Shown here in pieces: positions 1 to 10,245 of a stretch of 64,000 bases of DNA. This DNA is from a bacterium (lineage in GTDB: Bacteria > Patescibacteriota > Microgenomatia > Curtissbacterales > GWA2-41-24). Where the stretch lies: contig JAKAJD010000001.1 of assembly GCA_021813945.1 (NCBI GenBank), positions 560,412-624,411 on the forward strand, in the 5' to 3' direction. The notes under the pieces were generated by a model that was not told where the DNA came from, searched no databases, and saw only the letters and a program-made list of their open reading frames with translations. A program made the translations under genes and the position numbers. Positions within the stretch are counted from its first letter, which is position 1. Every line of letters begins with the position of its first letter.

Positions 1-52
1 AGGAAAGTGCTTAAGACACATGTATATTATCTAAAATCTTAGGCATTTTTAC

Positions 53-682
53 AAAGGTCAGGCCCAAACTTAAACTAATCTTTTAACGAAGGTCAGGCCT
101 TGGCCTCGCCATTTCCAAGAAAAAGGCCTGACCTTGAGATAACGAAGGGTAAACACCCAAACATCGAGGCCTACCCTTAACCAATTTTAGCCTCGAATTG
201 ACTCAAATTCCTTGATTTTTGATATCCAAAAATGTCTATTCGATATAGATAATAGCAGATTGTTATAAGAATCAATCAAGTATTTTATCAGAAATCATTT
301 TATGGAAACGCTAGCCTTGCCTATTTTTACAGGTTTGGCAATTTTCCGGCAAAATAAAGCATCAATATTGCCCACCCCACCAAAGCCTCCAAAAAGCCCT
401 CGCCCGAAATTTATAGGTGATAGATCAGCAGATCTTAACGAAGGTCTGGCCTTTGTTGGAAAATTCTTTTGCCTAAGACCTGACCTTGAGATAACGGTAG
501 TTAATCTGAAAACGCCACTAACGGAATTTAAACTAACCTTGAATTGAAGCTAAATTAAAGATAAGCCAAGTTAAAGGCAGGCCTTAACTTGGAATTGCAG
601 CACAAAGGCCCGCCCTTTTGTCTGAAACCCTTACGACGGTCTGGCCTTAACCAAACCGTATCCAGGAAAAAGGCCAGACCTT
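53..682. repeat. Cluster of REP-like palindromic elements (AAGGNCWGGCCTT-~21nt-AAGGCCWGNCCTT)
   Basis: Paired inverted 13-mers at 89-135, 441-487, 573-617 and 636-682, plus half sites at 53 and ~167. Several are followed by GAGATAACG. Confidence 0.9.
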
Positions 683-712
683 GAGATAACGATGGTTGAC
701 CAAAAAACGCTA

Positions 713-1588
713 CTATCTAAAGTATCCTGTGGGCACAAAATCGAAGAAGTCCTTAGTCTCAACCGGATTATCGGAAACATCATTGCTTTTCGCACCCTCA
801 ACTTTGTTCCTATCAAAATCAACGCTCTCCCAATATGGCCGCAAAATCGAGGCTAAATCCTCAACTAGACCACCCTTTTTTGCCTGAAATCCCGGAGTTT
901 GAACTCTAACAACAGCAGAAGCCGGACTTTCGTTTCCCCAGTTGTCAATCGCAGTTAAATAGTAAAATCTTTGCGAACCTGAAGCTAAATTCGTATTCAA
1001 AACATAAGATTCGGTTTGGGAAATCACATTAAAACTTCCATTTTCTCCAGTCTCAGAGGCCCACACCTTAAAAATTAACCCAGGACAATCGTTCCAAGTA
1101 AGGCTAACTATGTTGCCGTCAAGTTTGGCACTTACACTGTAGGGTGTTGAAACAGCAAAGTTATGAATTGAAACTGAACCTACTGGCGAATACTCCGATT
1201 TGTGGCCATACTCATCCAAAGCCTGAACGCGCACATACCAAACTCCATTGGCAAGCGAATTGGAATCATCGAAGCTAAACGAAGGTGAATCGGAATACAT
1301 CATGTTCTGGCTGCAACTGGAAAAATCGGCCTTTTTGCACCACTGGACCGAATAGTGGATTGTGCCTGAAATTTGCGACTTAGAAGCATCCCAAGCCCAT
1401 GTCGGTTTAAAGCTGTTTTCGCCCTTAGAAATGGTTGGAATTCCTGGTTGCGATAAGGTTGTTGTATTAACCCAATTGACCTGTTTTGCTTCACTGGCAA
1501 AAGCCTCATTTTGACTGCCAAAAAAAACTAGAATTGAAGCGGGTATCGCTATCGCCAAAAAAATTTTGCGCAGGCCAAAAATTTGCAT
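713..1588 (-). CDS. Secreted fibronectin type III domain protein
   Basis: Signal peptide ending AFA|SE. Two FN3-like segments (WYVRVQALDEYGHKSEYS; YYLTAIDNWGNESPAS). Confidence 0.75.
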   Translation of the reverse strand: MQIFGLRKIFLAIAIPASILVFFGSQNEAFASEAKQVNWVNTTTLSQPGIPTISKGENSFKPTWAWDASKSQISGTIHYSVQWCKKADFSSCSQNMMYSDSPSFSFDDSNSLANGVWYVRVQALDEYGHKSEYSPVGSVSIHNFAVSTPYSVSAKLDGNIVSLTWNDCPGLIFKVWASETGENGSFNVISQTESYVLNTNLASGSQRFYYLTAIDNWGNESPASAVVRVQTPGFQAKKGGLVEDLASILRPYWESVDFDRNKVEGAKSNDVSDNPVETKDFFDFVPTGYFR

Positions 1589-1611
1589 CTTTTGCCCGCC
1601 AAATTAAATTT

Positions 1612-1914
1612 GGGCAGGCCTAACTAAAATGTAGCATATCTCAAGATCTCTTGCCAGAAAAAAATTTATGTATTTTTGCAATTTTTTACCCAAATCCCCT
1701 TTTCTTCGACCTAAACGGACACAAAGTAGATCAAATTTTAGCGGAAAACTCGACGAAGGTCTGGCCTTGGAAAACTAAAAGGCCAGACCTTAAGATTAAG
1801 AAGATTGATCTGAAAACGCTAATTTCGCCTGACCTTGAGATAACGATAGTTGAGATTAAACCACGCTAAGGGCAGGTCTTTTTCGGTGAAAGGTCCATGC
1901 CAAGGCCTGCCCTT
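1612..1914. repeat. REP-like palindromic elements
   Basis: Pairs at 1756-1791 and 1868-1914. Half sites at ~1612 and ~1826. Confidence 0.85.
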
Positions 1915-1918
1915 TCTC

Positions 1919-2938
1919 CTATCTTTGATGCACAAACCTGCGCCAAGTCTCTATGTTCTCAAGCGCAATCCCCGTTCCGTAAACCACGCAGTGCAACGGA
2001 TCATCGGCAACGTGAGCAGAAACACCAATCTGACTGCTAATATACCTGTCGATATTTCGAAGCTGGCTGGAGCCGCCCGAAATGACGATTCCGCGGTCGA
2101 TAATGTCGGAAGAAAGTTCCGGCGGAGTTTGCTCCAAAACACCCTTAATACAGGCAATAATCGTCCCTAAAACAGGGTTTATTGCTTCTGTTACCTCGTT
2201 GGAATCAACCGTTATGGTTTTAGGCATGCCGGATATGGCATCGCGCCCTTTTATCTCCCATGTTTTTTTAGGTGAAATGGCAATCGCGCTTCCGACTTTT
2301 TGCTTCAACTCCTCTGCCATCTTCTCACCGATTACCAGATTGTGGATACGCCTGATATAGGAAATTATGGCCTCGTTGAACTTATCGCCCCCTGCGCGGG
2401 CACTGCCGGCCCCAACAATACCTCCCAAAGATACTACCGCCGCTCCAACCTGGCCTCCGCCGATATCGACAATCATCGACCCGTAAGGCGCATCAATCGG
2501 CAGTTTGGCGCCAATAGCAGCAGCCAACGGCTGGTCAATTAAATAGGCAGTCTTCGCTCCTGCAGAAAGCGTGGCTTCCAACACCGCCCGGCGTTCAACC
2601 TGAGTTATCCCGTATGGCACACATACCATCACTTCCGGTCTGGCGAAGCGTGAATAGCCTAAAACCTTGTCCATAAAATAGCGAAGCATTGCCTGGCAAA
2701 CCAGATAATCGGCAACCACCCCTTCCCTAACCGGCCTCTGAGCAACCAAATCCGTACCGGTCCTTCCCAGCATCTCATGCGCATTTGAACCAACAGACAC
2801 AACTTTACCCGTTACCGAATCAACAGCCACCACGCTTGGTTCGGAGAGCACTACGCCTTCACCGGAAACCCAAACAAGGCTGTTGGAAGTTCCCAAATCA
2901 ATTCCTAATCTTTTAGATGAAAAAAGAGGCAATCTCAT
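1919..2938 (-). CDS. mreB: Rod shape-determining protein MreB/Mbl family
   Basis: Actin-like motifs GIDLGTSNS, EPSVVA, PLAAAIGA, DIGGG, TPPELSSDI and GGSSQL. Confidence 0.95.
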   Translation of the reverse strand: MRLPLFSSKRLGIDLGTSNSLVWVSGEGVVLSEPSVVAVDSVTGKVVSVGSNAHEMLGRTGTDLVAQRPVREGVVADYLVCQAMLRYFMDKVLGYSRFARPEVMVCVPYGITQVERRAVLEATLSAGAKTAYLIDQPLAAAIGAKLPIDAPYGSMIVDIGGGQVGAAVVSLGGIVGAGSARAGGDKFNEAIISYIRRIHNLVIGEKMAEELKQKVGSAIAISPKKTWEIKGRDAISGMPKTITVDSNEVTEAINPVLGTIIACIKGVLEQTPPELSSDIIDRGIVISGGSSQLRNIDRYISSQIGVSAHVADDPLHCVVYGTGIALENIETWRRFVHQR

Positions 2939-2951
2939 GTAAGCTTGCGCA

Positions 2952-2998
2952 AAGGCCAGGCCTTTACATTGACCATTCCTAAGCTAAGGCCTGGCCTT
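2952..2998. repeat. REP-like palindromic element
   Basis: aaggccaggcctt-21nt-aaggcctggcctt just upstream of mreB. Confidence 0.9.
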
Positions 2999-3157
2999 AA
3001 CAGGGTGTGTTGGTCCTGCCGCATTTTAGAATCGGCACTAAAAAAGGGCAAGGGGTAAATCGGGTTTTATTGACCTAAAGGGAAACAAACTACATCAAAC
3101 TCTAAATCCTAAATTCTAAACTCTAATTTAGGATTTCGAATTTCCGTAAGCAGCGGC

Positions 3158-6100
3158 TTACGGTGCCACTTCCTGCCAGGAGACTGCCGGGGAACCAATA
3201 AGCTGTGCTACCGCAGGAACCAGGTATTTTGCCTGAAAAACAACGTAATCGGACGGATTCAAGCTGTTTTTGCAAGCATCACCGCAAAGCGGGTCATCTG
3301 TCAAAAAGCTTCCTAAATCAAAAGCCTTAGCGTATATGCCACCATTTACAGTCAGATAATAATTGCCCGTCGGCGAAGCCCATTTCCTGCCTTTTCCATT
3401 TGTATTGTCATAATCATGGACCGTGCCTCCGGCAATGTAAACCCCGTCTGCCTGAGTGACATTTGTATTAAATGTTACGTCTCCTTTGACAACAAATACT
3501 ATGGTCGAATTACTACCTGTTGCAAAACCGAAATTTGAAGAAACAGTCAAATTTCCATCCACAAAAACGACCCAGTTGCCGGCCGTAGATATATTGAGAC
3601 CGCCAACGTCGGCATTTGAAGTGCACTGTACATATGACCAGGAATTAGACGCCCATACAGCTACCTGGACGGGATTTACCGTACAACTTGAAGGATTCGT
3701 CGCCTTATACCTGAACCTGCTTGCAAAATAGTTGTAAACTCCCCCTCCATCTGCCGGGAAAAGCGCTTTTGAATAATTATTAAGTTCCCATCTACCGCTT
3801 ACACTTGAATCAAGCGGATTACCAGCCAAAACGGCGGTTGACTGGGAGTTTACAGGTACACTTGTATTTGAAACCTGAATCTTGCCCCGACCCCCCACAT
3901 CTCCTCCTACTGTATTAAACCAGGTCTTTGCCGCCACAACATACAATAACTGGAAACTGTTATTACTCCAGTTTTTGTCATTGTTTGGCGAACAGTTGGG
4001 AAGGACATAAAAATTGGCCACATAAGAACCGGGCGTATTACTTACTGTAAATGAAAATGTAAAATCCTGATAGCTTGTTGGATTTAAATCATCGGTGTTG
4101 CGTAAAAGGGGTGTGACCGTTATCGCCTTTGAAGCCGAAGGTGTCTGTGGAACCGGCGGTGATGCACTACAATTCGGCAATGTAGTGCTTGTGGGCCAAA
4201 ATCCAACGGAACCCGGACCGGTAAAATCAACCTCCGCCTGTGACGTATTAAAAACACGCACTGTCAGGTTTGCAGTCGCTCCGGGATCATAAACCTGTTG
4301 ATTCCCAAGTGGGCTGTTTGCAACTTTAAGGTCAAACATACAAGTTGGCGTCGTGAAAGAAATACCGGGCGGTGTCGTTGTTGAGGTCGGGTAAATCTTA
4401 GCGCTTTGCTGAGTTAACGAATATGCTGTCACTCGCCAGTAGTAGGTAACTCCCTTCGCTGGAACAAGCGGCGTGTCGCCGATAGTAGAAACAGTCGCAC
4501 TTGCTACCGCTCCGCCTCCGCCTCCGCCGCTAAACGAAATTGAGGGTGCAGAAGTGTAATTCTTGCCACCATATGTTATGGCTATGCTTGTAACTTTTCC
4601 GGCCGAAATAGAAGCAACTGCCTGGGCGCCAACTCCCCCGCCGCCGGAGATAATAACTGCCGGCGCCGAAGTATAACCTGTACCGCCATTGGTAACATTA
4701 ATCGACGTAACATCCTTGCCCGTATAGGCATCTCCAAAATCTAATGCGCTTGTTGCACTCCAAGTGAAATTAACAGTTTTTGGAGGCGTGTGATCAGAAT
4801 AGGAAACAGCTTTAACTGCCCATTGGGAAGTTTGCCCTGCTAACGAAGCTACAGTCGAAGAGTCACCGGTGAAAGCATCGTGCGAAACATCCAACCAGAA
4901 ACCTGTTTCGGTAGTAGCATTGTTTTGCCAGCTGAATGACATAGTTGGAGTACCCCCGGTACAAGCAGTCGTTACGTTTAGATTAGTAGGGTTCGCCGGC
5001 GGCGGCGTACATGTTGCCGTAGTGATCGGATATAAATTAGATTCGTTCGGGTCAAAAGTGCCTCCGCTACTATGCACTTTCCAGTTATGGGAAACACCAG
5101 GGTCAGTCATGGTAACATCCCAAGACCGGTCAGTCCCTCCTAAGCTCGAAGGTATTCCGGTACTGGTAACGTTCGTTCCCGAACCCATAACAGCCGTACC
5201 GTCACGAAGTATCGAATAAGCCGTACCTCCCGAATTGGAAGTCCACCGCAAATGCACCTTTGGGTGTAACGCGTCGACGCAATCGGAAAAACCCGAAAGT
5301 GTAATAACAACCGGTTCCGGGGAAGGTGTCGGACCTTGCGTCGGGCAAGCAGTACAAGAACCACTAGTAAATGAGCTAGCAGTTGAATAAACGCCAACCT
5401 GGCAAGCGGGTGTGCAAAAAGTTATATCGTAGCTGGCACCGCTGTTTAGATTCGCAAAAGGGGTTTTGCTATCACAGCTGATAGACCCGTCATTACAAAA
5501 TGGATCATTGGAAGTTGAAGTCACCTTTCGGTTGTCACTCTGCGAACCTGCGCTTCCGTAACTATAACCGGTAAGATGAAGCTGGACTTCATACTGCCAT
5601 GTCCAATTAAGTTTCACTACGCCTGTGGAGGTATAGATTGTACCCCCATCACTCACCCAGCTACGTATGGCAACAAAGGTATTGCCAGATCCATCAGCCG
5701 GTTTGACTTCCCAATAAATGTATTCTCCAGCACAAAACAATTGATTTCCTGAATCTAAAGCGGCTGTGAACCCAGCTATATCACGCGCACCGCAAGGTCC
5801 TGTTCCGTCAGTCCACATATGCCACCAAGCGCTCGGCCTTGCGTAAGAATATGTCTTCGTCGGGGCGGTGCAACCGGCCGGACAAGGCTTTCCAACTTGC
5901 GGTGTCGCTACTGGAGTTGCGATTGGCAGTATTGCGTTTGGCGGACAGGTCGGGGTAGTAAACCTTCCTGTCACAGAAGGATACCAGTTGCCGCTAATGT
6001 AGTTATTAACCCGCCAGTAAAAAGTCACACCTTGCGGATACATTGGATATCCAGGAGGTGGAGCATTCAAACTGGAAGCGCCAGTCACAGGATAGTTACT

Positions 6101-6988
6101 AAAGGTTCCGGGTGCAAAATTGTTAGGCCAAATCGAGAAATCCAAATATTGCGGGTTACCCGCAGGGGAAGAGGGCGTCCAGCCATAGTTCACACCAACA
6201 ACATTTGCAGTTGTATCAGCTGTTTGTGAAGCACAATACGGGTTGGCGGAAAGATTTACCGCTGGGGTGATTACGACCCCTGGAGCGCACGTAAATTGCC
6301 CAATCGAAGACCAACTGCCTACTCCTTGCGGTGAAACAGCCCTAATGCGCACGTAATAGGGACTGGCCGAATCCGGCAAACTAAAATTATATGACCGCGT
6401 ACCTGGACTCAAACCGCTAGCAACTAAACTGCTAGGCACAGGGTCTCCTGGTCCTACATCGCCAGAATTTTGCGATTCATAGACCGAAAAGCTGGCAATA
6501 TTTGTCCCATCCACCCCAATTCCGGTTAGCCCCCATCCCACCGAGTTGCAAGCAGTATTGGTAATATAAGGAGTTGCATTAGGTGTCGTACAATGCACAT
6601 CCTGTGGGTCCGTTTGATAATCGGCTACTCCCCCAACACCCCATGTGCCAAAGTATCCCGCAGCGGTGCGAGGGTCTGAACAACTGGTACCCCATGTGAC
6701 ACTGTAAGGCGGACTATTCGTATTATCCAACCCCGAATAAAGCCAATAAACTGTCCCCACAGGAACCGTGTAAGTTCTTGGAGACGCACCGTTTAAAAGT
6801 TCGCCAAATGAGTTGTAATAATGTACAGTAACTGTTATCGGAATACTGGCTGCGGGACTGCTGTTATCTAGCGTTGCAGCTACAATAGCCTGTGCACCAG
6901 CCTGTGCCATAACCGGTTTTGGTCGGAAAGAGGCCAGCGAAACTAGGCCAATCAAAACTATTCCTGTCAGTACAATTCTTTTGATCAT
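3158..6988 (-). CDS. Large secreted Cys/Thr/Pro-rich surface protein with FN3-like domains and a C-terminal beta-helix-like region
   Basis: 1276 aa. Signal peptide ending PVMA|Q, several YYWRV FN3-like motifs, a GxGYTSAP repeat module, and a C-terminal VFVDGNLTV/VKGDV...SWQEV region of the kind seen in CPR surface proteins. Confidence 0.75.
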   Translation of the reverse strand: MIKRIVLTGIVLIGLVSLASFRPKPVMAQAGAQAIVAATLDNSSPAASIPITVTVHYYNSFGELLNGASPRTYTVPVGTVYWLYSGLDNTNSPPYSVTWGTSCSDPRTAAGYFGTWGVGGVADYQTDPQDVHCTTPNATPYITNTACNSVGWGLTGIGVDGTNIASFSVYESQNSGDVGPGDPVPSSLVASGLSPGTRSYNFSLPDSASPYYVRIRAVSPQGVGSWSSIGQFTCAPGVVITPAVNLSANPYCASQTADTTANVVGVNYGWTPSSPAGNPQYLDFSIWPNNFAPGTFSNYPVTGASSLNAPPPGYPMYPQGVTFYWRVNNYISGNWYPSVTGRFTTPTCPPNAILPIATPVATPQVGKPCPAGCTAPTKTYSYARPSAWWHMWTDGTGPCGARDIAGFTAALDSGNQLFCAGEYIYWEVKPADGSGNTFVAIRSWVSDGGTIYTSTGVVKLNWTWQYEVQLHLTGYSYGSAGSQSDNRKVTSTSNDPFCNDGSISCDSKTPFANLNSGASYDITFCTPACQVGVYSTASSFTSGSCTACPTQGPTPSPEPVVITLSGFSDCVDALHPKVHLRWTSNSGGTAYSILRDGTAVMGSGTNVTSTGIPSSLGGTDRSWDVTMTDPGVSHNWKVHSSGGTFDPNESNLYPITTATCTPPPANPTNLNVTTACTGGTPTMSFSWQNNATTETGFWLDVSHDAFTGDSSTVASLAGQTSQWAVKAVSYSDHTPPKTVNFTWSATSALDFGDAYTGKDVTSINVTNGGTGYTSAPAVIISGGGGVGAQAVASISAGKVTSIAITYGGKNYTSAPSISFSGGGGGGAVASATVSTIGDTPLVPAKGVTYYWRVTAYSLTQQSAKIYPTSTTTPPGISFTTPTCMFDLKVANSPLGNQQVYDPGATANLTVRVFNTSQAEVDFTGPGSVGFWPTSTTLPNCSASPPVPQTPSASKAITVTPLLRNTDDLNPTSYQDFTFSFTVSNTPGSYVANFYVLPNCSPNNDKNWSNNSFQLLYVVAAKTWFNTVGGDVGGRGKIQVSNTSVPVNSQSTAVLAGNPLDSSVSGRWELNNYSKALFPADGGGVYNYFASRFRYKATNPSSCTVNPVQVAVWASNSWSYVQCTSNADVGGLNISTAGNWVVFVDGNLTVSSNFGFATGSNSTIVFVVKGDVTFNTNVTQADGVYIAGGTVHDYDNTNGKGRKWASPTGNYYLTVNGGIYAKAFDLGSFLTDDPLCGDACKNSLNPSDYVVFQAKYLVPAVAQLIGSPAVSWQEVAP

Positions 6989-7800
6989 AACTTTATTTGG
7001 GGTGGCATAATATAATTTGGATAATTTTTTTCTATAAAACTCAAGAGCTCTTTGTACAAAGAAAGTACATTTGCATCCTTATTTTTGTCATAAAGACTTT
7101 TAACGCCGGAAAGCGCATTAATGTACATTGACCATTGAAAATTTTTATCGGAAGAGAGAGCCGCAGCTTCAAAACTTCTGTCGAGGTTTTGTATTAAACT
7201 TTTATCAAATGCCCCATTGTCAACCTCATCTTTTATTTTCTTAATCTCGGCAGGATAACTAGCCTTACCACAAGAAGCATCAAAGCACGGAACAGTATAA
7301 ATGCTTTCCTGTGCATGCTCCGGGTAATTGTTGATCATATATTGAGCATATTGCTCCAAAACTGCACGTGTTTTAGGATCATGATCACCACTATAAAAAC
7401 CTAAAAGCGTCGAATAGTTGTCTAATAGAAGTTTGTACCTAGCGGTATAATCAGTAGCCTTTGCAGCATCATGGAGCTTCTTTAAAAATAAATCGCGCTG
7501 AAGATCACCGGGAAATTTAACATCCGCAACATTTATAGGTGGTGCAAGTGGACCTATTTTTTGCGATGAACGGTTAGAAATTGATTTTTGGAAGCTTGAA
7601 ATTCCCACAAAAAATATCAATACCCCGATAACCGCAACAACCGCTGCCAAAAACAAAACATGGCCTATACCCGAAAATAAAGGCTCGACAGGAATTTTAA
7701 TAAAGCCGGACTTGCCGGAAGAAGCTGGTTTTTGACTAACGTTAGTGGCAGGCTGCGTGCCTGCGGCAGGCGAAACAGGCATAAACAGACCACGAACCAA
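6985..7800 (-). CDS. Hypothetical single-TM membrane protein
   Basis: 271-aa ORF with one hydrophobic helix, overlapping the next gene's start by 4 nt. The start may be ATG 7782. Confidence 0.7.
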   Translation of the reverse strand: MVRGLFMPVSPAAGTQPATNVSQKPASSGKSGFIKIPVEPLFSGIGHVLFLAAVVAVIGVLIFFVGISSFQKSISNRSSQKIGPLAPPINVADVKFPGDLQRDLFLKKLHDAAKATDYTARYKLLLDNYSTLLGFYSGDHDPKTRAVLEQYAQYMINNYPEHAQESIYTVPCFDASCGKASYPAEIKKIKDEVDNGAFDKSLIQNLDRSFEAAALSSDKNFQWSMYINALSGVKSLYDKNKDANVLSLYKELLSFIEKNYPNYIMPPQIKL

Positions 7801-7855
7801 CCGGTCCGCGACCTAATTTAAGCTTAGAATAAATTGAAAGTGAGTGTCAAGGAAG

Positions 7856-8608
7856 TTACTGATCGTTTAAGTAGTAGATACGCGCCGCATTCGTCCACAG
7901 AGAAGGTGTAACCTTATCTGGCGCTTTTGCTCTAATTTCGTCAAAAATCTGCTTGTGGACAGGTTTCCAGTTCGCGTTTGCAGTCTTGAAATCCGGATTT
8001 CCGGTAGCTTCATATAAAACTTTTGATATGTTAGCAACCTCATTACAAGCTGTTAAGAAAACACTAAAGTAATCTCCTTCGGTTGGTGGAACCTGACGAG
8101 GTTCTTCCGGCGGCCCGAATGTTTCGCCCCACCTGTTTGGATCGCAAAGAGCCATCATTTGGCTCAAATATTTAGGGTCTAGCATCTCGTTGTGGGCATT
8201 TGAATCGTGGGCCTTGTTCAAATCAGCAGGCGTTAAGTGAGATTGCTCAAGAGCAGTAGTAATAGTTTGCGCCACTGATGTCTTTGCCTGAGTTAGCTGT
8301 TCTGGTGTAAGTTGCGCTTCAACTGTTGCTGTCGGCGCTTCAGAAACTACTGTAGGTGAAGCTTCACCAATAACAGTAACACCCTCCGGCCCAGTAGATG
8401 GCTGAGCTTTCGCTCCTGCTATTGCCTGACTTGTCTGGTTTGGGGTCAGATCGGATTTCTCTCCTCTTCCGGAACCACCACATGCGGCGATCAATGCCGC
8501 AGATCCTGCCAAAATAACGCCTCCAAAAACACCAACTCGTGCTGTTCTCTGTGTTTTTTTAGGAATTTCGCTTGAAACGTCTCTAGATCTATCTCTATCT
8601 TTGTCCAT
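7856..8608 (-). CDS. Putative lipoprotein-like exported protein
   Basis: Hydrophobic segment ending LIAA|CGG, then a Pro/Thr linker. Extended -10 (TGGTATTAT) upstream. Confidence 0.7.
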   Translation of the reverse strand: MDKDRDRSRDVSSEIPKKTQRTARVGVFGGVILAGSAALIAACGGSGRGEKSDLTPNQTSQAIAGAKAQPSTGPEGVTVIGEASPTVVSEAPTATVEAQLTPEQLTQAKTSVAQTITTALEQSHLTPADLNKAHDSNAHNEMLDPKYLSQMMALCDPNRWGETFGPPEEPRQVPPTEGDYFSVFLTACNEVANISKVLYEATGNPDFKTANANWKPVHKQIFDEIRAKAPDKVTPSLWTNAARIYYLNDQ

Positions 8609-8702
8609 TTATTGCTTACTTGCGCAGTAATAATACCACGCTTTAGCCTCAAAAACAATTATACTACTATAAGTTAGAGTTGTCAATTACTATGAGTCTA
8701 AC

Positions 8703-8762
8703 TTATATCAGAGGAGCGCCATTGGCATGACTTAAAGGTGCCAAGGCGACCTGCTGATATAA
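8703..8762 (+). repeat. Hairpin element family 2 (ATATCAG-AGGAG-CGCC-TTGGCA...TGCCAA-GGCG-ACCTG-CTGATAT)
   Basis: Near-identical to 46061-46124; nested inverted repeats. Confidence 0.85.
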
Positions 8763-8785
8763 ATTCTTAGGCCTACAGCTTAGTC

Positions 8786-8831
8786 AAGGTCAGGCCTTAG
8801 GCTCAGAATCATCCAACAAAGGCCAGACCTT
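8786..8831. repeat. REP-like palindromic element
   Basis: aaggtcaggcctt...aaggccagacctt. Confidence 0.85.
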
Positions 8832-8861
8832 TTAGCTGAAACGGTCTGCTAATATCCAAAA

Positions 8862-10244
8862 TCATTCGCCAGAAGGCATCTCCCATGCCCTCAGAGCGGG
8901 ACTGGCGCCTGGCGTAAAAACCACTAAAGTGCTTCCCTTAAGGTCAAAGTCGTAAGCATTTACTACATCTGAGGTCGGCACCGTACCAGGCTTAAATGCA
9001 TTTGTAGGAGGCAACTCCCCAACAAATAGCGAAAAATCTTGAGTCTGGCCGGGCGAAATCTTAAGATCATAAGTTGTGGCAAGCGGAATCACTCTGCCGT
9101 CCTTAAGATACAATTGTCCCGAAAAAAAGGTAAACGGCTCCTTTACACCAACCGAATTGCTTGTTACTCGAAAGACAACGGCATCTCGCTCTTTTGAAGC
9201 TGGATCAGGCTTAACTTTTGTGAAACCTTCTACTTTATACTCAAGATCTGTAGCCAATTCGCCAGGGATCCGAACATGTAAAGTCTCGTTAAGATTGCTG
9301 TAATTAAGCTGTTCAGGAATTAAAGGATAATTTTGATCTATTTGCCTTTCCTCAACTGTTTGTCTCCCTCCAGTACCTTGGGAATCAAAAGCCAGTTTTA
9401 TATCTTTTGTGTCCTTAGATATTTCCAATACCAGTGCAATCGGTAATCCAAAACCAGGTGCCATAACAGAGTTGACTTTAGTCACACAATCTTTTTGATA
9501 ACCGTCAGCTACTGAGCTTAAAGTGCCAGCATTTGTGCTTACATACGGGTCATTAAATAAACCCCCACAACCATAGGGGTAATACACACTAGAACCATAA
9601 GGAACAGGGTTACCATTCTTATCTAAAACCAACATACTGTACCCTTCATTAAATTTTGGGGGAGGAAAGTTAAAGCCAATATATTTGTCAGTCTTATTTT
9701 GCAAAACTCCCTCCACAACAAGTGTTCGGCCAGACTTACGGGGCAAAACACCAAGATCCTGCCATTTTTTAATAGCAAAGTCATAAGTGTCTAAATGGAT
9801 TACTGCCCTCTCACCAACATCGGTTTCATCTCCAGGATTTACTTCAGGAGTACGCGTAGGTTCTGGCGTTGGGCTAGATTCTTTCTGATTCTGACCGTTT
9901 CCCAAAACACTTGGAACTGGGGTAATTTTTGCTGGTTCCACTGCCGCCTGGTGCTGGGCGTCAGGTGTCAAACTCGCTTTATCGTAACCGCCACATGCAG
10001 CAGCCCAACCAGCAGCCAAGGTAGTCGTGACCACCACAGCCGGGCGGCGCAACCTGCTGGGGAGCCGGATTGGGAAAGGTCTGGTCAAACGGTTAGAAGA
10101 ATCAGGGATATCGGAAATACTAAAAGAGGTAAAAAGGTCAGCCTTTAGGATTCTGGTCGCCTCAGCTTCCCTGAAAGCCTTAAGATTGGCAATTTTTGCG
10201 GCAATGGATTGATCTGCCCTTTTAGTGAAATCCCGGTCTAACAT
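8862..10244 (-). CDS. Putative lipoprotein-like exported protein
   Basis: WAAA|CGG lipobox-like motif, PTPEPT linker and beta-rich body. Start placed at ATG 10244, directly after the upstream gene's stop; the ORF track extends to 10337. Confidence 0.7.
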   Translation of the reverse strand: MLDRDFTKRADQSIAAKIANLKAFREAEATRILKADLFTSFSISDIPDSSNRLTRPFPIRLPSRLRRPAVVVTTTLAAGWAAACGGYDKASLTPDAQHQAAVEPAKITPVPSVLGNGQNQKESSPTPEPTRTPEVNPGDETDVGERAVIHLDTYDFAIKKWQDLGVLPRKSGRTLVVEGVLQNKTDKYIGFNFPPPKFNEGYSMLVLDKNGNPVPYGSSVYYPYGCGGLFNDPYVSTNAGTLSSVADGYQKDCVTKVNSVMAPGFGLPIALVLEISKDTKDIKLAFDSQGTGGRQTVEERQIDQNYPLIPEQLNYSNLNETLHVRIPGELATDLEYKVEGFTKVKPDPASKERDAVVFRVTSNSVGVKEPFTFFSGQLYLKDGRVIPLATTYDLKISPGQTQDFSLFVGELPPTNAFKPGTVPTSDVVNAYDFDLKGSTLVVFTPGASPALRAWEMPSGE

Positions 10245-10245
10245 G

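Noticed and set aside
53-682. CRISPR array
   Set aside because: The repeats are inverted pairs, degenerate, irregularly spaced and dispersed; there are no cas genes.
302-887. Short ORFs 302-547, 631-822, 696-887 (also 1651-1869)
   Set aside because: They run through REP-like repeats or antisense to real genes, and show no protein features.
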